Assembly (NCBI GenBank): GCA_038087875.1
Contig: CM075998.1
Coordinates: 6,946,001 to 7,010,000 of the forward strand
DNA from: Malacoraja senta
Taxonomy: Eukaryota
Direction of reading: 5' to 3'
Length of the DNA stretch: 64,000 nt
The notes beneath the pieces were generated by a model. It saw only the letters and a list, made by a program, of their open reading frames with translations. It did not search any database and was not told where the DNA came from. The translations under genes and the position numbers were made by a program. Shown here in pieces: positions 25,559-38,133 of this stretch. Within the stretch, counting starts at the first letter, position 1, and each line of letters starts with the position of its first letter.

Positions 25559-25587
25559 TCAACCACTCATCACCATTCGGACCAATT
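25559..25587 (-). CDS. MYL6: MYL6 exon 7 coding part (exon-6-skipped isoform, ELVRMVMSG-stop)
   Basis: ttcacag acceptor. (G)AA TTG GTC CGA ATG GTG ATG AGT GGT TGA, compared with human ELVRMVLNG. Confidence 0.93.
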
Positions 25588-26591
25588 CTGTGAAGAAAAC
25601 AAAGAAAACATTGAATTATTCTGCCCCTGAGAGAATTGAAGAAGGATTCCTATTAAAATCTCAAGAGTTTTACAACAAACACACCTAAAACCCTGCAAAA
25701 TTGTATGCAAAACATGTCTGCACACAAGCAGGAGCAAAATGAATCACATGCAAAAAAAAAAGTACAGAATTATCCCAATTTACTCCAACTAGTATTGAGA
25801 GTTATTGGGATATTATTACATAACAGTAAATGTCTTTCCCACAATCAACCCACCCCAATAAGAGGCAGTCAATTTTAACTTGCATATCTACCCAAACTGG
25901 AAATATGTACAAATAGGAACCTTCACTTTTTCACCCACCTCCCCACTGCCCCAGTCTAAAGAATCTAAGCAGTCAGTCAAGAATTCAATTCTCCAGTTTG
26001 CACTAACTACAGAAAGGAGCAGAAAAGGTGGCAGCTCTAACCAGCTGGCTGACAAAGCCTTCTCGAATACAAGATTGCAGGCATGTTATCCTCACGGCAA
26101 TACATTCATTACCAAAGGAAGACCACATTAGCCGTAGATTCCATTAATCTAAACTTTTGCGCTATCTGTCACAGGTGATGCAGGAATGAAGAGATAGATT
26201 TCTTCCAAAATGGATACCAGATATAATTTAGTAATTCAGAAACTTGGAAGCTGGTAGCATTTAATCCAAACCAATGTTAGACAGGATGATATTGGCGTCT
26301 TTTTTTCCTCCAAAATACACTTAAAATGGTGCATATTCAATGCCCACCATGCAAACATTGACAGGCTGGCAGAAATTAAAAAAAAAGATAAAGAACCAAA
26401 TGGTCTTCCTTTAGTCGGCAGAAATTCAAGTATAGTCAAAAACTGGAGATATTAGCCTCCTCCCTCCCCACCCCCCCCAAAAAAAATCACACCTAGATCA
26501 AGCCACATGCAGAGCATGCTAAAAGAAAAGAAAACAGGACAAAAATTGGCAGGGGGAAAAGTGTCAAGGTGGCGTACCATGGCCTTGCCAT

Positions 26592-26620
26592 TCACCCAGA
26601 CATGATGTGCCTGACAAAAG
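26592..26620 (-). CDS. MYL6: MYL6 alternative exon 6 coding part (AFVRHIMSG-stop); whole exon 26578-26620
   Basis: ttaacag acceptor and gtacgc donor. (G)CT TTT GTC AGG CAC ATC ATG TCT GGG TGA, compared with human AFVRHILSG. Confidence 0.93.
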
Positions 26621-28351
26621 CTGTTAAAGAGGAAGAAAAGGTTAAACTAAAAATGTTTAAAAAGGCAATGCAATTTGAACCAACTTTTTGACACAAGATT
26701 TACTGGGGATTTGGATCACAAACTTTCAACAAGCCAAGTATCCAAAGAAACAATCCAGCAAGTTCAAGTTTAAGGAATTTAAAGATTTGTAAAGAAATGG
26801 GCAACTAATCACCCGAGCTGATCTTACAGCACATTACTATGGTCAGTGGACATTCAGAGCTCAGTTGATAATCAGGCTCTACTCTTGTTTGCTTGAAATT
26901 TGGCTCCATTAGTCAGTAGGAGAGTGGATGGCGGTAGCAATGCTATAATTTGGCCAATGGTCTAGGGGGTGTCAGGGAGCCAGGGAAACCAAGACCAACT
27001 TGGGCAAGTGACGGAGCAGTAGTTACGTGCTGCTGTTTCAGACCTCCGGGAACCCATCTGCTGTGTGGAGTTTGCATGTTCGCTCCACGACTGCATGGGT
27101 GTTTTCCAGGCACTCTGCTTTTCCCTCATATCCCAAAAGATATAGTGGTTGATTAATTGACCACTGTAAATTATCCCTGTGTGCTATTTCACCAATAGCA
27201 TAAAATTAAGGGAGAGTTGGTAGAAAACAAGGGAGACAAGGAAAGCAAGTTGCTGGGGCATAGGGAAATGAGAAGAGGGAAAAATGAGATTGTACCACTG
27301 GGATACAGTATGAACATGGGTTACGCGTAGGAAGGAACTGCAGATGCTGGTTTAAACAGGAGATGGACATGAAATGCTGGAGTAAATCATCAGGTCAGAC
27401 AGCATCTCTGGAGAAAAGAAATGGGTGATGTTTTGGGTCTAGACCCTTCTTCAGGTTGGGTCTAAAGAAGGTTAAATGGCCTCCATCACAAGTATAAAAA
27501 GTTAGGGAAAGAATCTATGTTTATGACATAAAATAGCTAGCTTTTCCTCTGGAAATTAATTTGAACTTAGATGCAGGGTCACAGAAAAAAACAACCTCTA
27601 CTTCCATGTAGATTGATATCTAAAGTATCCCACACAGGAATGGTACTAGGATATATCAGAAGGTCAGGACAATTCTCCGAGAAGGGGGAGCAAGTTTTTT
27701 TTTTTTTTTAATGTAAGCATATTTGTCTCTAATCATTGCTCTGCACAGAAACATCTGCCCTAGAAGGTTTGCTTTCAAGTCCATGCTCTTCCTATCTTTT
27801 ACAACTGCTGGACACTCCACCCCATTCTGTTCAGATGCACAAATAGGGCCGATCTATTTTGTTTTCTGACATAGGGCATGATAGCGCAAGCAACTCGCGA
27901 AATGTATTGCAGCATGAAATTTGTCAATGGTACATTTAGATTCCAAGAGGGGAAAGTAAATCATTTAATTGGAGGTGATGGTAGGGGGAATGTATGGTCT
28001 TTCTGGGTGGACAAGCTTCCCACCTAGAATCAAAACAACCATTTATAGCATCTTTCCTCACGTTGCCATCAGCTTGGATGGGGTCAGTGTGGAGGCAGAT
28101 ATTCCCACAAACCTCTTCCTTTTCTTTCCCTCTGCCAAATTCACTCCCTCTCCCAGTCCAAAATGAATTTATATGTGAACCAATGCTTTGCAACTTTTTG
28201 GACCATGAACCCGTTTTCAGCATCATCCCAATTGTTGCACCACACAATGTTAAAAATGTAAAGAAACACAGGCCCAGCAAATAAAAGTCATTCCAGCCAA
28301 ATGGGGGCAATTGCCTTCATTCTTATTGCCAGCAACAGTGCATGCACTTAC

Positions 28352-28429
28352 CCTCGTAGTTGATGCAGCCATTTGCATCCTCGTGGCCTGCAAGCAGAGT
28401 CTCCACTTCTTCCTCAGTCATTTTCTCAC
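28352..28429 (-). CDS. MYL6: MYL6 exon 5
   Basis: 78 nt encoding [26 protein letters not shown], with canonical AG/GT. Confidence 0.96.
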
Positions 28430-28475
28430 CTAGAGGGAGAAAAAAAATAGCAGTTGATCAAAAAGAGTAGACAGA

Positions 28476-29303
28476 GGCGCATTGTGGCGCAGCGGTAGAG
28501 TTGCTGCCTTACAGCGCTAAAGACCCGGGTTCGATCCTGACTCTGGGTGCTGTCTGTAAGTTCTCCCGGTGACCACACGGGATTTCTCTGGCCGCTCCGG
28601 TTTCCTCCCACATTCCAAGGGCGTACAGGTTTGTAGGTTGATTGGCTTTGCTAAGAATTGTAAATTGTCCCAGGTGCTAGTAGAAAAATAGGTGCAGAAG
28701 GAGGCCATTTGGCCATTGAATGTGATCATGGCTGATCATCCACAATCAGTAACCCGTGCCTGCCTGCTCTCCATATGCCTTGATTCTGCTAGCCCATAGA
28801 GCTCTATCTAATTCTCTTTTAAATTCATCCACTGAATTGGCCTCTACTGCCTTCTGTGGCAGGGAATTCCACAAATTCACAACTCTCTGGGTGAAAAAGT
28901 TATTTCTCATCTCAGTTTTAAATGGACTCCCCTTTATTCTTAGACCGTGGCCCCTGGTTCTGGACTCCCCCATCATTCGGAACATTTTTCCTGCATCTAG
29001 CTTGTCCAGTCCTTTTATAAATTTATACGTTTCTATAAGATCCCCCCTCATCCTTCTAAATTCCAGTGAATACAAGTCCAGTCTTTCCAATCATTCCTCA
29101 TATGACAGTCACGCCATCCCGGGGATTAACCTCGTGAACCTACGCTGCACTGCTTCAATAGCAAGGATGTCCTTCCTCAAATTAGGAGATCAAAACTGCA
29201 CACAATACTCCAGATGTGGTCTCACCAGGGCCCTGTATGGGGATCGTTGGTCGCTGTGGACTCGGTGGGCCTGTTTCCACGCTGTATCTCTGAACTAAAC
29301 TAA
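28476..29303 (+). mobile_element. tRNA-derived HE1-type SINE split by a minus-strand CR1 3' fragment (28681-29237)
   Basis: A/B box-like TGGCGCAGCGG and GGTTCGATCC, tail CTGTATCTCTGAACTAAACTAA. The insert encodes the CR1 C-terminus (ORF 28746-29090). Confidence 0.85.
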
Positions 29304-29454
29304 GCAGCTGTTACAAACATCTATCAAGATCTGTTGGGCACAGTTAACATATTGTGGCCCTTGCATCTCAAAACTACCGAATAATAAAAATGAATGCTGA
29401 AGTTGGATGAGGTGACAAATGAGGCCGAGATGAGCTTACATAGACCAAGCCATT

Positions 29455-29877
29455 CATAAGGTAATAAGGAATAGGAGTAGATTTAGGCCATTCGACCCAT
29501 CAAGTCTACTCCGCCATTCAATCATGGCTGATCTATCTCTCCCTCCTAACTCCATTCTCCTGCCTTCTCCCCATAAACTCCGACACCTGTACTAATCAAG
29601 AATCTATCTATCTCTGCCTTAAAAATATCCGCCGACTTCGCCTCTACAGCCTTCTGTGGCCAAGAATTCCACAGATTCACCACCCTGACTAAAGAAAATT
29701 CTCCTCATCTCCTTCCTAAAAGAATGTCCTTTAATTCTGTGGCTATGACCTCTAGTTCTAGACTCTCCCACTAATGGAAACATCCTCTCCACATCCACTC
29801 TATCCAAGCCTTTCATTCTTCTAAACTCCAGCAAGTACAGGCCCAGTGCCGACAAACGCTCATCATAGGTTAACCTT
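29455..29877 (-). mobile_element. CR1 3' fragment
   Basis: Encodes RLTYDERLSALGLYLLEFRRM...MFPLVGESRTRGHS, with CR1 3' UTR and tail. Confidence 0.85.
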
Positions 29878-30727
29878 GATTCAATGTTCTGGCTGTAATA
29901 GGAATAAGAAGTACCGTCCCACTGAACAGGATAGAGGGATCTTGGGAAGAATGGTATTAATGATTTTGACAAAAACTGCTTCAGTGTTATGACAGGATTT
30001 GAAACCCGATTAGACAGGACTTGTAGGAGAGAGATGCCTGCAAGAGTGTGGAACCCACTGTTATACGTATTCAGCCGAAGGATGGGAGAGACAGTATCAG
30101 CACTGAACTTTCCCCCCCGAGTCAGGTAAAGCAAACGAAGAGCAATCAGATTAACGCTCTTTCAATGGCAACAGAAAAAGGTGCTATTCCCAACTGCAAT
30201 TTTTTCTTCCTCGCATTCACAAGAAACAAGTTGAAAGGTAGACACAAAATGCTGGAGTAACAGCGGTTCAGTCTGAAGAAGGGTCTCGACCCGAAATGTC
30301 ACCCATTCCTTCTCTCCAGAGATGCTGCATGTCCCGCTGAGTTACTCCAGCATTTTGTGTCTATCTTCGATTTAAACCAGCATCTGCAGTTCTTTCCTAC
30401 AAAACAAACAAGTTCATATTTAGGTTAAATTATGTGGACTTTTGTACTGCCCGAGCTTGGACTAAGTTTGAATTTGGACTCAGGTGAAAAGATAACCAAT
30501 TGACTGGATCCTGCCCTTCATCGTCAGTTATAATCAAAAATGATTGCCAGATTTTGAAAACCGGTAATAATCTCTTCTCCTCAAAAGCTCCAGGAACCTG
30601 GGGTCAGTCCCTACCTCTGGTGTGGACTTTGGACAATTTCCCCCACACCCTCGCCAAGATGTTCTCTGGGTGCTCCAATTGCCCCCACAACCCAAAGACG
30701 AGACGTCACATTAAACTCAAGCATTAC

Positions 30728-30901
30728 CAAGAGTGACCAGCACATGGCGCAGTTCAGCACCCATGACTGTGCCATTTCCTTCCTTATCAAAGACTCGCAG
30801 ACCCTCTACAAAATCCTCAAACGTTCCTGGTTCCTTGTTCCTTGCAATGTCTTGAAGTTTTGGAAGAAATTGCTCAAAATCCAGAGTTTTCATATTCATA
30901 T
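30728..30901 (-). CDS. MYL6: MYL6 exon 4
   Basis: 174 nt encoding [58 protein letters not shown] (EF-hand essential light chain). Confidence 0.97.
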
Positions 30902-31260
30902 CTGAAAAGTGAAGGCAAAGGTTACTTATCCCATCTTTGTCATCTTCTCTACTTTACTCTTTAGAAGCATTTCGAGTGTGCAACGGCTTTGCCAAGGCAT
31001 GCTGGAGCATGGTCAGAATGAACCAAATTCTCGGTTACCCAATCCATTTAGCAAAACAAGAATGTACATGCAGAACAAAAAAAAATCACTCAAGTAAACT
31101 CTTCAAAGCCATCAAAAAGTTGCAAGATATAGATCTTCTCATGTTATGCAATTTTTCTTCCAAGTGGTTTCACTGACTCCTGCTTAATATTTAAAAAATA
31201 TTAAAATCTGGTAGCTCTTCCTCCTGGTCCACCCCCCATGAACAACATCTGGATTCTTAC

Positions 31261-31404
31261 CTTCGGGCTTTGGATTCCCAAGGACTTTCAAGACTTCAGC
31301 ATTGCATGGATTCTGACCAAGGGCACGCAGCAGATCTGCAAATTGGTTGTAGCCAATTCTACCTTCACCAATCCGGTCATAGAGGCAGAAAGCCTCTTTG
31401 AATT
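31261..31404 (-). CDS. MYL6: MYL6 exon 3
   Basis: 144 nt encoding [48 protein letters not shown], with canonical AG/GT. Confidence 0.96.
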
Positions 31405-33165
31405 CTGAAAAGAAAATGGATCCTCATAAAGAATGTACAAAATTGAAGAACAGCATTTTTTTTCATCTACAAGCGGATTTTATTTAGTGAAAGGTTTAGA
31501 GAATAATTTTAAAACACTAAAGCAGAGGTCATCTCCATACTCGAGAAATATTTAGACAAATAATGGGGTAAAGGCAGGAATGTGGGATTAGGTCACTGCT
31601 CTTTGGAGGATAACACCAACAGAGACTTACTTGGTAGGTGAAACAAACTACTTTATTAAAATTTAAAGCAACATTCCATGAACAAAGTGGTTGGGGGTTA
31701 TTTCACTAATTAAGCTTCTTTCATTATTGAGAGCCACAGCAACTCAAATCAAACTAATTGCCACTTTCCAACTGCAGTGGGGAAGGCTTGTGGCTTCACA
31801 GATTCTGCATTTTGGTCGAGTAGTATTGATGGATAGGACAAGAGAATGGGGTTAACAGCTTTTGCCTTGATCCAGGTGCCTTTTGAACACTACAGTTGGA
31901 TCTGTACACGTATACCTCAGCTCCCTCTTCATTTTAGCACCCCTTTCAGATTGTGCCATCTCCTTAGTCCCTTCTCATTCTTCCAGCCATAAAGGTTAAT
32001 GGTACTTTAATGTCACATGTGGTACAGTGAAATAATTTTTTGCATACAGTTCAGTAAAAGTATTACTGTACACTAGCACATTTTAGATTCAGTACAAACG
32101 TATAGGAATAGTACACGAGTCGCCAGGTCTGGCGCCATTTCAAATCCAAGTTGTTAGAAGTGCAGATTAAAATGCATTCTGTAGTAAAATGTAACAATTC
32201 ATATTTTTCAGGACTAAATAGCATCTGCCACCTCTTCACCCATATCCCACTAGCCTGTTTAATTTGTGATACAGCGCTGAAACAGACCCTTCAGCCCACC
32301 GAGTCCGCACCAACCAGCGATTCCCGCACATTAACGCAAGCACACTAGGGACAATTTTTACTTATACCAAGTATACAAACCCAAGCCAATTAACCTACAA
32401 ACCTGTACGTCTTTGGAGCATGGGAGGAAACCAGCATCTGCAGTTCATTTTTATTACATTATAGCATTATAAGGGGTTCTGGTACAGTCTAGGTACATTT
32501 CCATGATACATACATAGAAAACAGGTGCAGAAGTAGGCCATTCAGCCCTTCGAGCCAGCACCATTCATAGACATAGAAAATAGGTGCATGAGGAGGCCAT
32601 TCGGCCCTTCAAACCAGCACCGCATTTCAATGTGATCATCCACAATCAGTACCCCGTTCCTGCCTTCTCCCCATATCCATTGATTCCGCTAGCCCGAAGA
32701 GCTCTATCTAACTCTCTTTTGAATGCATCCATTGAATCGGCCTCCACTGCCTTCTGAGGCAGAGAATTCCACAACTCTCTGGGTGAAAAAGTTTTTCCTC
32801 ATCTCAGTTCTAAATGGCCTACCCCATGAGAGAGAAGGAGAGGGAAACCAAACCTTTCTATCCATACTGCTGAAGTCCTTTCTATTCCTTGGCCTACAAT
32901 CTTGAACAACATGCATGTTATGTGGCACATGACATTTAAACACAAAACTCAATTTCCCTCAAGAAAAAAAAAAGTTAATAAGATAATTTGCTTTTAAACA
33001 AATGCACAAATGTATGAAAGAACATTTACTGCCACACAAGTCAAACACTGGTTTGTAGTTACTGAGTTTTGGAACAAAGTTACATGAGTTTCAATTTTCC
33101 AGGTTTGGACACCACCCCCAAATCTATAAACGTTTGATCAATTATGGCTTTTAGTTAGCCAGTTA

Positions 33166-33456
33166 GGGCAGCACAGTGGCGCAGCGGTAGAGTTGCTGCC
33201 TTACAGCGCCAGAGACACAGGTTCAACCCTGACTACTGTGCTGTCTGTACATTTATACGTTTTCCCTGTGACCGCGTGGGGTTTCTCTGGGGGCTCCAGT
33301 TTGCTCCCACACTCCAAAGACATACAGGATAATTGACTCAGTAAGTTGTAAAATAATTGTCCCTTGTGTGTGTAGGTTAGTGTATAGGGTGATCGCTGGT
33401 CGGAGAAGACTTGGTGGGCGGAAGGACAGGTTTCCGTGCTTTACCTCTAAAGTAAA
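33166..33456 (+). mobile_element. HE1-type tRNA SINE
   Basis: GGGCAGCACAGTGGCGCAGCGGTAGAGTTGCTGCC...GGTTCAACCC head and CR1-like tail. Confidence 0.85.
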
Positions 33457-34588
33457 CGGTCACGAGTTCTACAATTCTTCCCTCAGCAACCTGGAATACA
33501 GCCCATATGGGCCAGGTGATTTAGCCACAATGTGGAACCAGCTTTTTGCAGATTTTTTTTTAGCTCATCCAGAACCATGACTGCATCTCTGTCCTTAGTG
33601 AAGACTGATGAAGTTCTCATTTAATACCTCAGCCATGGCCTCTGCCTCACTGATTAGGTTTCCTTGTTGGCCTTTGATTATCATCACCCACCTACCCTTT
33701 TTTTCATCCTATAGAATACTTTTGGATTCCTTTTTGCTTGCTGCAGGTCCACGCTTTGTACTCTTATTTCCTTTTTCACTTCCTCTCTGAACTTCCTGTA
33801 ATCAAACTAGTTCTCACTCATGTTAACAACCTGGCATCTGTTAGAGCAAAAACAAATAGCCTTATTTTACTCACTATTATTTTGGTCATCCATGGAGCTC
33901 AAGGTTTGGTTTCCCTTTCCTCTCCCATGGAAATGCACCTAGACTGCATCAGACCTCCTTATAATGCTATAATGTAATAAAAAGGAACTGCAGATGCTGG
34001 TTTATACCAAAAATAGACAAAGATTGCTGGAGCAATTCAGCAGGGCAGGCAGTATCTCTGGAGAAAATGGATAGTTGATGTTTCAGGTCTGAAGGGTCAC
34101 AACCCAAAACGTCACCTATCCATTTTCTCCAGATATGCTGCCTGACCTGCTGAATTACTCCAGCATTTTGTGTCTCCCTTTAATGCTACTGCAGTTTACG
34201 AAGGTCTGGTCTCATTATATTGAGATTTCCCCCACCCAATTATTAATACCATGTAATGGCAGCATCTGCAGTCTCTTGCATCTCTCTAATCAATATCGTC
34301 ATTCTCCCCTTTTCTGAACATAAGAATATTCGGATCCAAATTTTGTCCTTATCGCTTTACCTCGGTACACATGACAATAAACTAAACACTTGTACTTATG
34401 TACAAACTAATACTTCTGTTCAAATCCAATCTACAAGATGTTTTTATTTTGACGCATTTAATGTCTGATCTGTTTAAATTAGCCTCCAGTGCTTATCTCC
34501 CTGTAAATCAGTTTAAACCTCCCAGGAGAGGAGACTGGTCACCATTTGTTGGAATGGAATCCGTCTGAGTTGGCATGAATTTACTTGT

Positions 34589-35531
34589 CCAAATTAGGAA
34601 ATATTGGGCAAACCAAAAAGTAAGCAATGAAGACGGTCCCCACCCCCTCAAAAAGAAACCTGGAAAAGTTCAATTAAAGAACAGAAAGATGAATTGCCGT
34701 TTGGCTTGATATAATCAAGCAGTTATTATGAATTAATAATGTATCAACGCCATGAAATGGATCCTCTTTCAAGCACTAAATTTCTCCCAGTAAAAAATCC
34801 ATTAATAATTAAAACAGGAACAAATAGAAAAAAAAATCTGGGTTTAAACTACAGTTGGGAAAAGTTTTCAATAATATTTTGGAAAAGTGGGCAGTTATTT
34901 CCTCTAAATCTACCTCCTTGCAGCGTCCCGCCCGAAAACCTGAAGCTCACGGCTGGCCCACTGAATTTCTGCTATAAAAAGGGAAAGGGGGGATGCCAGA
35001 GCGCGGAGCCTGTCCTGTTCGAATTTGGAGCCCATCAAGTTGATGAAGGCAGATGGACAAAGGTTGGCGGGGCGTATTGGAAACCCTAGAGAAGGCTCGA
35101 CCGATGTAGGAAATCGGATGGTGTTTCAGGAAGGGAAGGGCCAGGTCGCCGCCCTGTAATGTGCGAAACGTTGAAATCTTTGCCCTTATATGGAGTTAAT
35201 GCCATCAGCCTCGTAGGGAGAGTCCAATTTAGAGAAGGTAATGGGGGGTCTGCACCGCAAACGGAAAGCTGCAGCCTCCGGCCTGAACAGGGTAGCTCGG
35301 CCGGACCAGATACCGATGATACCAAACAGGATCAGAATGCAAACCTTAGGGCGTAACACAGCGAGAAGATGAGGCCTCGGGCCTCCATTCGTGGCCAGAT
35401 GGCGACCCGGTTGGGGAACTTTCTCAGCTATTTGCAAACTTCTGAAAGGAAAGTAACTCATTCGAGTTTTGAACTAAACATTAGAATACGACATACCTCA
35501 AAATCAGAGGCTGAAAAGTTCCCTTTTATGG
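34589..35531. promoter_or_regulatory. Three consensus CArG boxes in the CpG-enriched 5' part of MYL6 intron 2
   Basis: CCAAATTAGG 34589-98, CCTTATATGG 35184-93 and CCTTTTATGG 35522-31 all fit CC(A/T)6GG. Confidence 0.65.
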
Positions 35532-35568
35532 AACTAGCGCTCTGAGTTAAAACAAGCGTACAACTTAC

Positions 35569-35596
35569 CGGAGATCTGATCTTCTGTGAAATCGCA
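35569..35596 (-). CDS. MYL6: MYL6 exon 2
   Basis: 28 nt, TGC GAT TTC ACA GAA GAT CAG ATC TCC G (CDFTEDQIS), with caacag acceptor and gtaagt donor. Confidence 0.94.
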
Positions 35597-35687
35597 CTGT
35601 TGGAGCAAACAAACATAAAATAAAAATAAATATTGCATGCAGTCAAAGAAAGGGAGCGTTAATAGCTGATCAGGGAACATCACTTAC

Positions 35688-35690
35688 CAT
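35688..35690 (-). CDS. MYL6: MYL6 exon 1 coding part (ATG only)
   Basis: CAAG ATG|gtaagt. The coding exons sum to 456 nt (151 aa + stop), the MYL6 length. Confidence 0.9.
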
Positions 35691-36317
35691 CTTGTTCTGG
35701 TCCCTGTGCCCCCGCTGCGTCCACTGCCTACGATCGCCTCACTTTCTTGGATTGTGGCGTGAATACTAAAGATTGATAGCTCTTGTACTCCAATCACAAA
35801 GAGCAGCTCACCCTGTGACTGCATTCCAGTCTCCTTCAAACCTCCAATCACACACGAAGGCAGTGGCTATCTGTCAGTTGTTTCAACCAGCCTCTCGCCG
35901 GATAATGATGACCAGGAAGTCGGTCTGCAGTGACGGGCACCCGCATTCTAACGCTGCACACCATAAACAGTAAAACAAAGTACGCTCTTCGTGCGATTAT
36001 CACTACTGCATGCAATGCTGACAATAAAAGTGGCGAGACCTCTCTGGTGCGGAATTTACATTTAAATATATGAACGGAAAATGTTGACAATGTAAGCCAG
36101 GCAGGCAGCAACAATGGAGAAAGAAGCAAAGTTACCACACTGAACCCGGAGATAAACAATTTTTAAGGAAGCGCAGAGGCAGGGAGCGGGTTACAGACAG
36201 AAGGAGAGCGGTCTGCGATAGTTGAACGTTAATCGGAAATAAACTTGCAAGCAAAACAAAGCACAGAGCGGCGTTAATTTGTACCTGGGGAGAGGGGATG
36301 AACCAGCAGATAATTAA

Positions 36318-36677
36318 AGGTACACAAAAATGCTGGAGAAACTCAGCGGGTGCAGCAGCATCTATGGAGCGAAGGAAAAAGTAGGCATACCTTGACGAGA
36401 TTTCGCAGTGGAGTAGACAAAGTGTTAAAGAAGGAACTGCAGATGCTGGAAAATCGAAGGTACACAAAAATGCTGGAGAAACTCAGCGGGTGCAGCAGCA
36501 TCTATGGAGCGAAGGAAAAAATATGGAGCGAAGGAAAATTATCACCACTGCATGCAATGCTGCATGTAAGGATCACTACTGCATCCTTCGCTCCATAGAT
36601 GCTGCTGCACCCGCTGAGTTTCTCCAGCATTTTTGTGTACCTTCGATTTTCCAGCATCTGCAGTTCCTTCTTTAACA
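36318..36677. mobile_element. Composite direct + inverted Penelope-type terminal repeats upstream of MYL6
   Basis: 36425-36520 and 36584-36677 are reverse complements. The composite is flanked by the direct repeat CAGATAATTAAAGGTA. Confidence 0.8.
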
Positions 36678-38133
36678 GATAATTAAAGGTATCGCTTTAG
36701 TGTGAAAGATGTCCGGGTATGTGGATTTTTTAAAAGTAGGTTCCGGAAAGCTTTTTGAGCCAATAGGTAGAGAAGGGGCAGTACTGGAGCTAATTTAACC
36801 GGTAGCCAGATATGTGGTTGAATTGTCAGTGGGCGAGTATTTTGGGGATAGTGACCATAACTCTGTAAACTTCATGGTGGTTGTGGAAAGGGACAAGGAT
36901 GGTCCAGATTGGCAGAAAAACAATTTCATTATCATGCGACAGGACACGACAAACACAAAGCAGTGGTTTGCAGGTCAGTTTACATCTGACAAAATTGAGT
37001 GATTCAAAGTGAAATAATAAGAATTCTGGGCCAGCATGTTTCAATAAGGATAAAGGTACAGACAGTAAGGAACCTTGATGTTAGGGGATATTGATGGATG
37101 GCTAGATAAAAAAGAAAAAAGAAGCATGGCAGGTGTGGAGAACTGAAAACTGGGAAGGCTTTTCAGGAATAAAGAAAGTGTCCTGGGATAGTTAGTAAAT
37201 GCATCAGGAGGGAAAAGTGGGTATGACGTATTACTCACAGTCAAATTGAAAGGGAATCGCAGAGCATTTTTGTATGTACATTAAAGGCAAAAGAGTAATT
37301 AGGGAAAGAATATGGTCCATTGAAGACCAAAAATGGCAATCTGCATGTGGAGCCAGAGGATGAGGATTTAAATGAATACTTCTTATCTGTATTCATTAAG
37401 GAGAATGTCATTTTGTAGTGGGAGAATTCAGGGAAGGAGGGGGCATATAACATGGCAGTTCCTATTTGGATTCAGATCTGCATGTAATCACACAGAACAT
37501 TCTTACACAAATGGCTCTAAACATGGAAGAATATCACTCTTAAATCACCAAATTAATCCTACACCAGTTTCTATGTAACACTATTTTAATGTGTGCTTTC
37601 AAACATGCAAAAATGTCTAGACTCTCTTCTAGTTACTTTAAAGTGAAAAATCATCTCAATGCACTTTGTGGTGGTGTTATAGAAAACTGGACACTGGGCT
37701 ACATTAGGAAGCATGAGGGCATATGAGCAAGTGCTTGGTTTTAAGGATTGCCATGTTGAAATAGAAAGATACAGAGATATAGAGTTGTGGGGAGTTTACA
37801 CAGAGGTAAAATCGCAGCTAGAGAGTACTGATGTTAATGCAGACTAGGGCAAAGGAAGGTGAGATTATAGATGAGCTAATTGGAGCACCTCAAGGCTGCA
37901 TGCTCAGCCCCCTGCTCTACTCTATACATGACTATGCAGCCGGACACAGTTCCTATTCCATCTTCAAATTCGCGGACGACACCACCGTTGTTGGATGAAT
38001 TACAGATGACGATGTGTCAGAATATAAGAGGGAGATCGATTGACTGACCACATGGTGCCAGAACAACAACCTTGCTCTCGACTTTGGAAGAGGAAGGTCG
38101 AGGATCCACATACCTGTCTTCATCGACGGGATG

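Noticed and set aside
28476..28545. tRNA genes at SINE heads (also 33166 and 58500)
   Set aside because: They continue into the SINE body and LINE-like tail, and no complete cloverleaf is evident.
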